Below, piece by piece: positions 32,945 through 48,051 of a stretch of 64,000 nt of DNA (position 1 is its first letter; every line of letters begins with the position of its first letter). The notes below the pieces were generated by a model. It was given only the letters and a program-made list of their open reading frames with translations, was not told the origin of the DNA and made no database searches. A program made the position numbers and the translations under genes. Source of the stretch: Sulfurimonas sp. (GTDB lineage: Bacteria > Campylobacterota > Campylobacteria > Campylobacterales > Sulfurimonadaceae); contig CBDETZ010000003.1 of assembly GCA_965243085.1 (NCBI GenBank), positions 29,720 to 93,719 on the forward strand, read 5' to 3'.

Positions 32945-34205
32945 CTATCTTAGTGATTCTTCTGTTTTTGTTATAGGTGTAGGTGGTGGCTTTACTGAGT
33001 GGTGATGTGTGGTTTAGTCTTTTATCTATACCATTGTATGTAAATGTGTGGTTTGTGGGGCTTGGGGTGATGAGTTTACTTATGTTAGAATTAAAGTCAT
33101 ACTCGTATTCTTGTGTAGTTCCATTTGCATAAGTGATTTTATTTACTCTATCCATTATGTCGTAGGTGTAGCTTGTTGTTTCACCTTTTTGGTTTGTAAT
33201 AGTTTCTATATTTCCTTTGTTATCATAGGTGTAGTGGATGATTCTAGTTCCCATAGTTTCTTTAATTACTTTACCTTGAGTGTTGTACTCATATCTTGTA
33301 GGTTCAAGTGTTCCTAAACTTATAGATGTAGTTAAAAGAGTGTCTTTATCATACTCTCGTTTGAGAGTTCTTGCTTCAGGGCTAGTGATGGTATCTCTAG
33401 CATTATTGTAGTCAGATACTATAGTTGTTACTTTAGAGTTAGTGCTGATGGTTTGTGTTTTTAAGTTGGTATGCGTTTGATTTCCATCATAACTTCTTGT
33501 ATATACTATTTGCTTTTTAAGTCCACTTCCTTGGGTTCTTGTTTGAGAAGAGAGAATCTTTTGTTGAGTGAGTGTGTCTGTAGTATATAGAGTGCTTGTA
33601 CTTACTCCACCTTTTGAGAGAGATATTTGTTTTTTATCTACTGAGATTGTTGAGGAGATAGTATCTCCACTTGGAAGTGTCCTTAGCGATAAAGTAGAAC
33701 CATCAGCTTGTTTGGTGTCTGTAGAACTTGTCTCATCTCCCTCTGGTTTGGTCATTGTATATGTAGTTGCTTTGGCACTATTACTTTTTGTAAACTGCCA
33801 GTCTCCACCTATGGAATCTGTATCTTGATAGATTCTACCGTTATCATCAAAGAGGTGTGTGAATACATTTCCATTAGGGTCTGTCTCCTTAGTCATTAAG
33901 GAGACACCATTGTATTCAAATTCATAGCTTGAATAATCTTCATATGTTACTGATAGAAGGTCTCCATTAGAATCTACATTCAAATATGTTTCTTGTCCAT
34001 TTGGAGCTGTTATTAAAGTTGGAATTCCATTGTCATCTCTTGTGATTGTGATTGTATTTGAGAAGTTGTCTGTTATAGAGATAACTGATGTTACGATAAT
34101 CTAAATTCATAAAGTTTAAGAAGTGCTACAAATCTAAGCAACTTGTAATTCTTCAACTTTTTGGTAGGCGACTTTGAGAGCCTCAATATATATTTTTTCC
34201 TTAAT

Positions 34206-34369
34206 GGATTTCTCCTAAAAGCTCATAGTAATACCTCACTTTAGATACCTGTTTATAGGCTTTAGAAAGATTATATTTTAGTAATATTGAAATTACTCTT
34301 ATATTTTAAATTAAAGTAACTGCGTAGGGACATATATCCAAATATTGAAAAAGGTTTTAGGAGAAGTCT
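34206..34369 (-). mobile_element. MITE-B
   Basis: IRs, aat TSD. Confidence 0.9.
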
Positions 34370-34388
34370 AATGGCAAAGTGGTTCATT

Positions 34389-34552
34389 GGACTTCTCCTA
34401 AAAGCTCATAGTAATACCTCACTTTAGATACCTGTTTATAGGATTTAGCAAGATTATATTTTAGTAATATTGAAATTACTCTTATATTTTAAATTAAAGT
34501 AACTGCGTAGGGACATATATCCAAATATTGAAAAAGGTTTTAGGAGAAGTCT
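34389..34552 (-). mobile_element. MITE-B
   Basis: IRs, att TSD; 19 bp from the previous copy. Confidence 0.92.
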
Positions 34553-36389
34553 ATTTTATAGTTTAATCGAAGTTTCTCAAGTTTTATAAAACCACGAACA
34601 GATAAATGTATATGATTTCTTTGTGATGTTTCAACTTTTGTTGGAGAGTGTTCTATTTTTAAATTTTGTTTTAAAGATTTATGATATTCCTCTATTTTCC
34701 ACCGTCTTTTGTAGATTTCAAGTACCTGATTGAAAGATAAGTCTATATCATTAGTAACAAGATATAAATAAGTAGATTCGCCATCATCGCCGTTTTTGAC
34801 CACTTGCTTGATAAGTCTTAGAGGTTTTTTATAACCTTCAATATATATCAGCCGACTACTACCACCCTTTATATCTATGCTTGAGATATTAACATATTTT
34901 CCTTTATTTCTTTCTTCTAAAGTGAGTGCTATTTTTCTATTACTTTTTATTGGACATACAAACTTCTTGTTTAGTTCTTCTTCTATAAAAAGTAGATTCT
35001 TAATACTTGAAAACCATTTATCAAATAAAATATATTTATATTTCACTTCATTATTGTGATGTAAAATTTGAAGTTTATCTTGCATTATTTCATTTTTACT
35101 AAAGAGAGATTTTTTAATATTCTTCTGATGTTCCTCACTCCACTTATTTTCAGTTTTTGTGATAATTTCATATCCCAAAGGGATAGATATACCTGTAGCA
35201 TCTGTATAATGAAAATTTAGCATTAAGATACCTTTTTGCATCTTTTGTGAGACATGGTCATAATGCCAGCAAACTACATCATTTACTTTACTCCAAGGCT
35301 TATGCATAAGCATATCATCAATAATAATACAAGCATTGTCTTCATTCTCATAATCTCTTAAAAATGGTTTTATTGATTTCCACAAAGTCTTTTCATCATC
35401 AAGAGAATCATTTAATAGTAGATGCTTTGTGAAAACATCATGACTATTACCTGTTACTTTTGAAAGTTTTGTCATCTCTATCTTGCTAAATGAACTGATT
35501 GCGAAATTTATGTACATATCTTCTAATTGCTTCATATATATTTTAAGCATTTTTAATGCCATCTATTTTTAATATGTCACCTTTTATAAATTTGAAGGTT
35601 TAGATTATCGTAACATCAGGTCTTTATATCTTTAGTATCAATACCTTGTAGTGTATCAAGTTGTGCATTCTTGTATGTCTTGGAGTTATGGGCTTTAGCA
35701 TTAAGAATTCTTTGAATCTTCTTTTTTGAAGGCTTTTTGGATTGAAGCTCTACTTCAAGTTTTATATTTAACTCAGCATTTATTGTTTGAATACCTTTCT
35801 TGTCTTCTTTGTATACTTCTTTAGTCTTATTTTTTATTTGCGTGTTATCACTTCTAATGAGAGTAGCATCAATTAAAACAGATTTTCCTTTTTTAGCTAT
35901 CAGGTTTTTACTCTCTAATTGTTTATTTACAGAGTTAAATAATTTATCATAAAGTCGGTTCTTGAGTAGGGAATTTCTAAATCTACAGATTGTACTCTCG
36001 TCTGGTACACTATCCTCTAGGCTAAGTCCTACAAATCTAATAAAGAGTAGGTTTACATAGAGTGCATCTTGGGTGGCTTGATCAGAGAGATTGTAATACT
36101 TCTGGAGTAACAGTACTCTAAACATCAGTACATTATCATAAGCAGGTGCTCCAGCTACATTACTTTTAGCAATTCCATTTCTATTTAGTACTGGTCGTAA
36201 TTTATCAAAGTCTATAATAGAGTCCAACTCTTTAAGAAATGAATTTACTTTTTCTAATCTTGATGTTACTGCTATATCTGAAAATGTATTGTTTGTATCT
36301 TTAAATGCCACTTTTTACCTCTTCTTAGTGATGTTATTTTAGCTGAAAAGTGCTTTTAATGCCTTTAAATAGGTTGCTTTGTTGGATTA

Positions 36390-36707
36390 TAAGTAATAGG
36401 ATAGAAATAACTTCAATTAATAGGATTATCTTCTATGTTGAAATTAACTTAACGCTAGTCGTGTAACCAAGTCAAATTCATATTGGACTTCTTCTAAAAG
36501 CTCATAGTAATACCTCACTTTAGATACCTGTTTATAGGCTTTAGCAAGATTATATTTTAGTAATATTGAAATTACTCTTATATTTTAAATTAAAGTAACT
36601 GTGTAGGGACATATATCCAAATATTGAAAAAGGTTTTAGGAGAAGTCTATTAAATCTAAACCTTTTTAATGATCTTAGTTTTGAAATTATTTGAGGTCTA
36701 TTACTTA
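36390..36707 (-). mobile_element. MITE-C containing a MITE-B
   Basis: IR taagtaatag/ctattactta at a TA within the IS5 left end. Confidence 0.85.
36485..36648 (-). mobile_element. MITE-B
   Basis: IRs, att TSD. Confidence 0.92.
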
Positions 36708-36722
36708 CTGTGCAGTGGTCTC

Positions 36723-36902
36723 TTTATCAAGTTTTACTCGTGTTGGATAGTCCTTATTTGTTGAAGTCATCGGAGCAATGATAATATTATCAAAATTCAT
36801 TTCATCTGGGGATATAATGAGACAAGGTCTTGTTTTTTGTATCTCCTTTCCTACAGTAGGATTAAGATTAACAAGCACAATTTCGTATTGTCTATAAATC
36901 AT
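36723..36902 (-). pseudogene. PemK/MazF-family toxin, C-terminally truncated by IS5
   Basis: VNLNPTVGKEIQKTRPCLIISP...APMTS motif; only ~60 native residues remain. Confidence 0.88.
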
Positions 36903-37122
36903 TCCAATCCTTAGAACCTAAATCATCCTCAATTAATAACTCATTTGAAGAATTTTTAAACTTCTCCTGCCAACCTTTTCTAGGAGATTCAACGGTATCT
37001 AAAATAATTTGATTTCCCTTAACATGTAGTTCAAAAGAGCTAAGAGAATTAAACATCTTAAGCACACTTGAAGGGATGCGAATTCCCTTACTCGTCCCAA
37101 TATTTATTAAAGCTACTTGCAT
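36892..37122 (-). CDS. AbrB/MazE-family antitoxin
   Basis: IGTSKGIRIP motif; overlaps the toxin start. Confidence 0.88.
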   Translation of the reverse strand: MQVALINIGTSKGIRIPSSVLKMFNSLSSFELHVKGNQIILDTVESPRKGWQEKFKNSSNELLIEDDLGSKDWNDL

Positions 37123-37165
37123 TATCAAACCTTTTATATCTAGTTAATACATGATTATATTATAA

Positions 37166-39839
<2,674 letters not shown>

Positions 39840-39849
39840 TTATCTTAAA

Positions 39850-40245
39850 CTTATTAACTCAACTTTGGCACACACCATATTCTTCATACTGGATACTACT
39901 CCAGAATCTTTGAATTACAATGTTGTCAATACTTCTCCCTTTTCCATCCATTGATATTTGAATATCATATTTTTAATATGTCTACATGGGCTGACGCTGT
40001 GTATTATGACCCTTCCTTGCTATTGATTATATCAGATTTAGAGTATGGACTTAATGCTTCATCCATTGTATTAGATAACTTTGAAGATAATACTTTCTTC
40101 GTGTTCCAGTCAATTATAGCAGCTAAATATATATGCCCTTTTTCTAATGTGAGGTATGTGATATCAGTAGAGCATACTTTATTTGGAGTATCTATTATTA
40201 CTTGATTTTTATCATTCTTAAATTTTTTTAATAAGTATGGATATT
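39850..40245 (-). pseudogene. Decayed IS3-family transposase core
   Basis: STDITYL...YLAAIIDW...SNTMD with stops and deletions. Confidence 0.8.
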
Positions 40246-40566
40246 CACCCCAATCCATTAATAACTAGAAATTAAAAGTGGAATAATTATTGCTTGCTTT
40301 TGAGAAAAACAAGGTGATAAGAAAATGGCAATAAAAGCAAGAGATAAATTAGCACAAAAGCGTTCAAGAAAAGGCTATGCAAAAATAGCTGAATCAAATA
40401 AACTTTTAGAGTTACTATCAAGAGTTCCAGACCATCGTAAAGGTCAAGGTAAACGGCATAAATTAGAACATATCTTATATCTAGCTATATTAGCTGGACT
40501 AATGGGAGCTACAGATTACAAACAAATTTCTATTTGGATAGATAAACATGTTCAAAAAGAAGAAGT

Positions 40567-40835
40567 AGACTTCTTGCAAAACTCCTATATACCACAGAGA
40601 GCTAAGAAGGACTAAAATTGTGTAAAACAAATTTTTATTCCTAGCCTAAGCTAAGGGTAAAATATTTTTTTGTGCAAGGTTAGTACTTACTATCCCTTCC
40701 ATAGGACACTTTATAGAGAGCCTTACTCAGCGTTAAAGAACCCCAACCCTAGCTTTGGCTACGCTTGAGAACATTTACCTTGATTAAAACTCTCTATAAA
40801 GTGCTAAGCCATATAAGGAGTTTTGCAAGAAGTCT
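40567..40835 (+). mobile_element. MITE-A
   Basis: IRs, agt TSD. Confidence 0.95.
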
Positions 40836-41271
40836 AGTAAAAAAACTTCTAGGTGTAGAATTTATAATAACACCAAAAAGAAGTGCTGTATCAGATATAC
40901 TTGCAAAAGTTGACAGTGAGGCAGTTGAACTTTTGTTTAGAGAATGGATAAGAATTTATGTCGATACTACAGGAAAACATCTAAGCGTAGATGGTAAAGT
41001 GATGAATGGTAGTAGATATAAAGACCAAAAGGCTATACAAGTTGTTGGTGCAGTTCTATCAGAGATAGGTGTAGTTATTGCTCATCAAAAAATTGCAGAG
41101 AAATCAAATGAAATACCTGCTTTACAAGCTATGATAGCAGAGCTTGGAGATGAATTTCTCTTTACCTTTGATGCGATGAACACACAAAAAAACTCTTGAT
41201 TCTATTGAGCAAAGTGGTTCAAAGTATATTGCTAAAGTTAAAGATAACCAAAAAACACTTCTTGATAAAAT

Positions 41272-42187
41272 AGACTTCTTGCAAAACTCATTTTCCAGCA
41301 ACCTCAAATCCACGGTCAAAATTAACTAATCCACATATCAGATTGAAGCGAAGATTGAACCTTTTTCTACGGTTACGATATTTCTGTTTAAGGATTTGAA
41401 AAGTCTTTAATTTAGCATTGATATGTTCAACACATATGCGAGCTGAAGCTTCTCTTTTATGTTGATTTTTTTGTGTATCAGTTAATGGATGTAGCTTTGA
41501 TTTCTTATATGGTATTTGAGTGTTATTATGTTGCTTTTTAATACCAAGATAGCCTAAATCTACATAGATACAAGTTTGAGGTTTCACAGGTAGATCACTC
41601 TGTTTAAAGAGTTTAAAATCATGAGTAGTACCTTTGCATGTATGAGCACAAATAATACGTTCATCCTTGTCAATAACGATTTGCCCTTTTAGTGTATGGT
41701 TTCTTTTCTTCCCTGAGTAGTAATCTCTTTGCTTTTTTTTGGTCGTTGTATGGGGGACTCTGTAGCATCAATGACGATAAACTCTAAGTCCATATCATCT
41801 CCATATAAAGCACGTTTACTTGGTAATGAAAACTTTCCAGATTTTATTAAAACATCTTCAACATCTCTTACTATTCGAGAAGCTGTAGATTCACTTACTC
41901 CATAATCAAAGCCAATATGTTCTAAGGTTCTATATTCTCTGTAATAACTTAACATTAATAGTACTTTTTCTTTTGAATCTAAACTTTTTCTACCACCAAC
42001 TCCATGGTTTTTAGTTCTCTCTTTTTCATAGGCTATAAATACTAAAAGCATTTCATTAAATGTATCTTTATTTACACCAATAAGACGCTTAAAATTCTTT
42101 GGTTCTTTCTTCTGTAATTTTTCATATTTATTCATATCAATCTGATAGCATTTTTAGTTCCTACTTTTAGAGTTTTGCAAGAAGTCT
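41272..42187 (-). mobile_element. IS5 ISL2-like element, complete
   Basis: IRs, aat TSD; copy of 22492-23407. Confidence 0.93.
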
Positions 42188-43021
42188 AATAGATGAAATA
42201 TCAAGAGAGATAAAACCATCAAGCACTTATAAGGCTAAAGCAATCCAGCAGTCTAATGAGCGGATAAATAGAGAGGTATTTGTATATCAACCGACTACTT
42301 TTTATCATAATGAAATCACCCATGTTCGCTCAATCATTAAAACCATTAAAAAAATACACAAGACAAACCATAAAACAGGAGAAGTAACAAACAGCACTAG
42401 TATTCAGTTCTGTATAGCAAATTTTCGTGAAAATGCGGAGTTCTTTCATGATAAAATTTTACTCCATTGGAAGGTAGAAACAATGCACCAATACAAAGAT
42501 AATACACTTTTAGAAGATGACCATAATGCTCATCTAAATCCATTTTTAATGACAATTATCAGAAGCATTATTTTAAATATCTTGCACCTAAATGGTACAA
42601 AATCTATACAAGAACAACTCATTAACAATAGATGGGATTTAGATGACTCTATCGCTCAACTTTTGAAATTTAGTTTTTAGTGGATTGTGGTGGGTAATAT
42701 ATATGAAGTCACAGTTTAAATCTTGTTCTAAGATAGTAGAGTACATGGCAAGGTATACCCATAAGTCTGCTATTGCTAACTCTAGGATTATCTCCATAGA
42801 TAACAACATCATAAAATTCAAATACAAAGATTATAAAGATGATTCTAAACTAAATAGCGATGAGTTCATTAGACTTCTTGCAAAACTCCTTATATGGCTT
42901 AGCACTTTATGAGACCACTGCACAGTATAATCTAACAAAGCAATCTATTTAAAGGCATTAAAAGCACTTTTCAGCTAAAATAACATCACTAAGAAGAGGT
43001 ACAAAGTGGCATTTAAAGATA

Positions 43022-43185
43022 AGACTTCTCCTAAAACCTTTTTCAATATTTGGATATATGTCCCTACGCAGTTACTTTAATTTAAAATATAAGAGTAATT
43101 TCAATATTACTAAAATATAATCTTGCTAAAGCCTATAAACAGGTATTTAAAGTGAGGTATTACTATGAGCTTTTAGGAGAAGTCC
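43022..43185 (+). mobile_element. MITE-B
   Basis: IRs, ata TSD. Confidence 0.92.
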
Positions 43186-44015
43186 ATACAAACAATACAT
43201 TTTCAGATATAGCAGTAACATCAAGATTAGAAAAAGTAAATTCATTTCTTAAAGAGTTGGACTCTATTATAGACTTTGATAAATTACGACCAGTACTAAA
43301 TAGAAATGGAATTGCTAAAAGTAATGTAGCTGGAGCACCTGCTTATGATAATGTACTGATGTTTAGAGTACTGTTACTCCAGAAGTATTACAATCTCTCT
43401 GATCAAGCCACCCAAGATGCACTCTATGTAAACCTACTCTTTATTAGATTTGTAGGACTTAGCCTAGAGGATAGTGTACCAGACGAGAGTACAATCTGTA
43501 GATTTAGAAATTCCCTACTCAAGAACCGACTTTATGATAAATTATTTAACTCTGTAAATAAACAATTAGAGAGTAAAAACCTGATAGCGAAAAAAGGAAA
43601 ATCTGTTTTAATTGATGCTACTCTCATTAGAAGTGATAACACGCAAATAAAAAATAAGACTAAAGAAGTATACAAAGAAGATAAGAAAGGTATTCAAACA
43701 ATAAATGCTGAGTTAAATATAAAACTTGAAGTAGAGCTTCAATCCAAAAAGCCTTCAAAAAAGAAGATTCAAAGAATTCTTAATGCTAAAGCCCATAACT
43801 CCAAGACATACAAGAATGCACAACTTGATACACTACAAGGTATTGATACTAAAGATATAAAGACTTCTCAAATTATTATAAAGAATGAAGAAGATAGCTA
43901 TAATCATCAAGATAAAATAGATAGTGAAGTAAGGATAGGCTTTCACGCATCAAAGAAACAATATACACAAGGCTATAAAGTACATATAGCAGTAGATGAG
44001 CAGAGTGGTATTATT

Positions 44016-44284
44016 AGACTTCTTGCAAAACTCCTATATACCACAGAGAGCTAAGAAGGACTAAAATTGTGTAAAACAAATTTTTATTCCTAGCCTAAGC
44101 TAAGGGTAAAATATTTTTTTGTGCAAGGTTAGTACTTACTATCCCTTCCATAGGACACTTTATAGAGAGCCTTACTCAGCGTTAAAGAACCCCAACCCTA
44201 GCTTTGGCTACGCTTGAGAACATTTACCTTGATTAAAACTCTCTATAAAGTGCTAAGCCATATAAGGAGTTTTGCAAGAAGTCT
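44016..44284 (+). mobile_element. MITE-A
   Basis: IRs, att TSD. Confidence 0.95.
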
Positions 44285-45562
44285 ATTATCTCCCAACAAA
44301 CCACCTTCGCAAATACTCACGATATAGACACAGTAAAAACATTTGTAAAAGATATAGATGGAATGAAAGCTCTTTATGCTGATAAAGCATATAACTCAAA
44401 AGATATAGATACTTTTTTAGAAAGTGAAAATATAGAAAATATGGTATGTCTCAAAGAGAAACAAACTCTAAGGCAAGAACAGATTAAGCAGCAAAGAAAA
44501 GATGAAAAACCTAAACATAAGATTAGAGCTAAAGTTGAACATAGGTTTGCAGATATAAAAACTCAGATGAAAGGCTCAACTACAAAATTTATAGGACTCG
44601 TTAGAAATAATATGAATTTTACCCTTACCTGTATAGCTACTAATCTTAGATTATTAGGACAAAGACAAATAAGACAAAGATTAGAAGTAATTAGATGAAT
44701 AATATAGAGCTAAAGAGCTTTAATAGACTAAAAAAGCTCCTAAAAATGACTGAATCTAATTTTATTGAAGATGGATTTTTTTAAATATTTGAAAAAATAG
44801 GATATATGAGTACTTTTTAATTATGCAGTCGGCTCTTTATAGAGAGTTTTAATCAAGGTAAATGTTCTCAAGCGTAGCCAAAGCTAGGGTTGGGGTTCTT
44901 TAACGCTGAGTAAGGCTCTCTATAAAGTGTCCTATGGAAGGGATAGTAAGTACTAACCTTGCACAAAAAAATATTTTACCCTTAGCTTAGGCTAGGAATA
45001 AAAATTTGTTTTACACAATTTTAGTCCTTCTTAGCTCTCTGTGGTATATAGGAGTTTTGCAAGAAGTCTATTAAAAGGTTTCTCTACCACATACCACCTA
45101 AAAGGTTCTTTCGCATAAGATATTATGGAGCTATACAAAGAGTAGCAAAGATGGAAAGTATAAAGACCATAGAGATACAACCACAACACACAAAAGTAAA
45201 ACCAAAGTGTAAGAAGTGTACCTGTGAGGATATACAAACTGTTGTAGTTGTAGATAGATACACGAGAGTAGTCCAAGGCTTAATGACACCAAGAATATTA
45301 TCCCAAAGAGAGGAGAAAAGCTTTAATGATAGTGGCTAATTTAAACCAAAAAAAGAATCAAACTAGAACTAAAATAACTACACTAAAATTGACAATACTA
45401 CAACTATTATTAAAAAATGACAAAGAGCATAATAATAGCTTTGAAGCTATACTATTGTTGCATGTTCAAGAGAAAATATTAGAAAAACACCATATACTCA
45501 CAAGCCCAAAACCTACTAAAACACTGCCATCCACTCACAAACTCCATAGCTTGCATTCGTTC

Positions 45563-45660
45563 ATATAACAAGGGTGTTGAAGACGAACATTTTAGCAGGA
45601 TAGTTTTTATAATATGTTAATGTTTTTGGTGCTAAAATGTCGCTTAACTAATAGTTAAAG
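45563..45660 (+). other. Integron attC site (98 bp)
   Basis: R'' atataac / R' gttaaag; left arm ttGaagAcgaAcattttagca pairs with tgctaaaatgtcgcttaa, leaving three extrahelical bases. Confidence 0.8.
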
Positions 45661-45693
45661 GTAAAATAACAAATACAATACATAGGAAATATT

Positions 45694-46744
45694 ATGCCAA
45701 CAGTACCAAGTCTTTATGGATTAAAGAAAACAAATCGTGATTATACAAAAAAAGAAACTTGGGGGGAAGAACCAATTTAACTCTTCGTTTCCAGCATCAT
45801 TGTGTTGTTACTTAGAATCAAAAGATATTCAAGCCAATTACCTTTCAATTCAAAATAAACATTTTTCTGCAACATCAACAATAAAAATAAGTGAAGTTTT
45901 TGGAATATCATCAAAAGATAATGATATTTATTTTGCTTTTGAAGCTCAACATACACCTTTCCAAAAATATGTTATTGGTACATTACCAAGAACAGACTTA
46001 GTAATTCAGAAAGAAAGTAATGGAGAATGTTTATCAGGATTAGAAGTAAAACTTACAGCATTACCGGATAATAGTACACATACATTAACAGAAGCTTGCT
46101 ATGGAAGTGAAATCGTTGTACGTCCGGATACAATTGTTTACTTAGCCTGTAGTATAGCTTCTAATTTAGATGAAAAATTAAAAGACTGCATTCCTGATAT
46201 TGAACTTGATTGGGCAGATGCATCAGCAGTTTTACATGAAATAGTAACTATAGTTGAATCGATTAAGAGAATATCAATTATTTTGGAAGCAAATCAAAGT
46301 CCATTTTCACTACAGCCAGTTTGGAAAACAAAAGGCAAATCACCTGCTCTTGCAGATAATTGCTTAGATATATTTGTATGGAGTGATGCTGGTTTTTGTA
46401 ATTTTATTTCTAGTATTTCTAACAGTGACCCAAAAGCTACAAAAATAACTAGGCAAACAAGAACAGCTATTTGGCTTTTTAAGATGTTACTAGATATAAA
46501 AAAATCAGGAAAGTTTGACCATGAATCAATAATTGACAACCTTTCTTATAATACAAAAAATGATAAAGCCTTTGCCTCTTCTGGAAATATTACAAATTCA
46601 TATATGTCTTGTACTAGATTAACAACTCCAATTGTTACAAAAGCAGAAATAAAGAAAATAATTTTGGGCGGAGGTCAAAATTTATTAAGCCCCAAACGTA
46701 GGTTTGATGCCATAATATTTAATTCACCTGAGCTATTTGTATAA
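45694..46744 (+). pseudogene. HindVP-like type II restriction endonuclease with a +1 frameshift
   Basis: MPTVPSLYGL...TWGKNQFNSSFP is restored by removing one G of the G6 at 45761-45766; LEVKLT PD-(D/E)xK-like motif. Confidence 0.75.
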
Positions 46745-46746
46745 AT

Positions 46747-47813
46747 AGACTTCTTGCAAAACTCATTTTCCAGCAACCTCAAATCCACGGTCAAAATTAA
46801 CTAATCCACATATCAGATTGAAGCGAAGATTGAACCTTTTTCTACGGTTACGATATTTCTGTTTAAGGATTTGAAAAGTCTTTAATTTAGCATTGATATG
46901 TTCAACACATATGCGAGCTGAAGCTTCTCTTTTATTTTGATTTTTTTGTGTATCAGTTAATGGATGTAGCTTTGATTTCTTATATGGTATTTGAGTGTTA
47001 TTATGTTGCTTTTTAATACCAAGATAGCCTAAATCTACATAGATACAAGTTTGAGGTTTCACAGGTAAATCACTCTGTTTAAAGAGTTTAAAATCATGAG
47101 TAGTACCTTTGCATGTATGAGCACAAATAATACGTTCATCCTTGTCAATAACGATTTGCCCTTTTAGTGTATGGTTTCTTTTCTTCCCTGAGTAGTAATC
47201 TCTTTGCTTTTTTTTGGTCGTTGTATGGGGGACTCTGTAGCATCAATGACGATAAACTCTAAGTCCATATCATCTCCATATAAAGCACGTTTACTTGGTA
47301 ATGAAAACTTTCCAGATTTTATTAAAACATCTTCAACATCTCTTACTATTCGAGAAGCTGTAGATTCACTTACTCCATAATCAAAGCCAATAGACTTCTT
47401 GCAAAACTCCTATATGCATTAGCACTTTATAGAGAGTTTTAATCAAAGTAAATGTTCTCAAGCGTCGCCAAAGCTACGGTTGGGGTTCTTTGACGCTGAG
47501 TAAGGCTCTCTATAAAGTGTCCTATGCAAGGGACAGTACGTACTAACCTTGCATAAAAAAATATTTTACCCTTAGCTTAGGCTAGGAATAAAAATTTGTT
47601 TTACACAATTTTAGTCCTTCTTAGCTCTCTGAGGTATAGAGGAGTTTTGCAAGAAGTCTAATATGTTCTAAGGTTCTATATTCTCTGTAATAACTTAACA
47701 TTAATAGTACTTTTTCTTTTGAATCTAAACTTTTTCTACCACCAACTCCATGGTTTTTAGTTCTCTCTTTTTCATAGGCTATAAATACTAAAAGCATTTC
47801 ATTAAATGTATCT
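46747..47813 (-). mobile_element. IS5 ISL2-like element, 5'-truncated, with MITE-A
   Basis: Right IR at 46747; homology to 22492-23407 stops at ~47813. Confidence 0.9.
47392..47659 (-). mobile_element. MITE-A (subtype b)
   Basis: IRs, aat TSD. Confidence 0.95.
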
Positions 47814-48051
47814 CTTATTATAACACTAAGCATTTAGGGATGCGAAGCACTTGGAAATTGTAAGATTTTATGACAAAATGCAATATTTCTAAACTTTTCG
47901 TAAATATTTGCTTAAAATATTCTTATGCCTGAAATGTATCTTAGTCCTTAGAGGCTGTAATAAAGAAAAGGCTCATGTTTTAATACTGAAAAGAATAATA
48001 GGCTATATGCCTGAATAAGAGAATAGTTAGAAAACATAAAAGGATAAAATT

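Larger units (their letters stand above)
29056..34084 (-). pseudogene. Rhs/YD-repeat toxin, split by nested ISAs1 and 5'-truncated by IS701
   Basis: YD repeats; Rhs core FGYREYDPLTGKW...DP..NLYGY...DPVNLVDPEGL; removing 30600-32953 restores the frame (RITKIVKPSTRT). Confidence 0.9.
34085..35619 (-). mobile_element. IS701-family element with two MITE-B near its 3' end
   Basis: Both IRs; transposase 34540-35562 is cut at the C-terminus by MITE-B. Confidence 0.92.
35620..36722 (-). mobile_element. IS5-subgroup element, 5' half (3' part lost at the IS701)
   Basis: Left end gagaccactgcacagta; transposase N-half 35620-36311 matches 43186 onward. Confidence 0.88.
40246..42692 (+). mobile_element. 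ISAs1 type A containing MITE-A and IS5(ISL2-like)
   Basis: IRs present; flanks do not match (IS3 remnant on the left, IS91 remnant on the right). Confidence 0.9.
42911..44835 (+). mobile_element. IS5-subgroup element, full length, with MITE-B and MITE-A insertions
   Basis: IR gagaccactgca/tgcagtcggctc, apparent tttat duplication; DUF772-like and DDE regions (PDESTICRFR, IDAT, ADKAY, RAKVEHRF). Confidence 0.9.
42871..45069 (-). mobile_element. MITE-A split by an IS5-subgroup element
   Basis: att TSD; the halves rejoin at gcactttat|agagag. Confidence 0.9.
42693..45339 (+). pseudogene. C-terminal part of an IS91-family (Y2) transposase split by MITE-A
   Basis: YMARYTHKSAIANSRI...YKDY...EFI rejoins across the att TSD to KRFLYHIPPKRFFRIRYYG...CKKC. 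Confidence 0.82.

Noticed and set aside
45326-45568. 80-aa ORF ending in the attC R'' box as a cassette gene
   Set aside because: Low-complexity composition, no recognisable motif, and overlap with the IS91 tail; not supportable as a CDS
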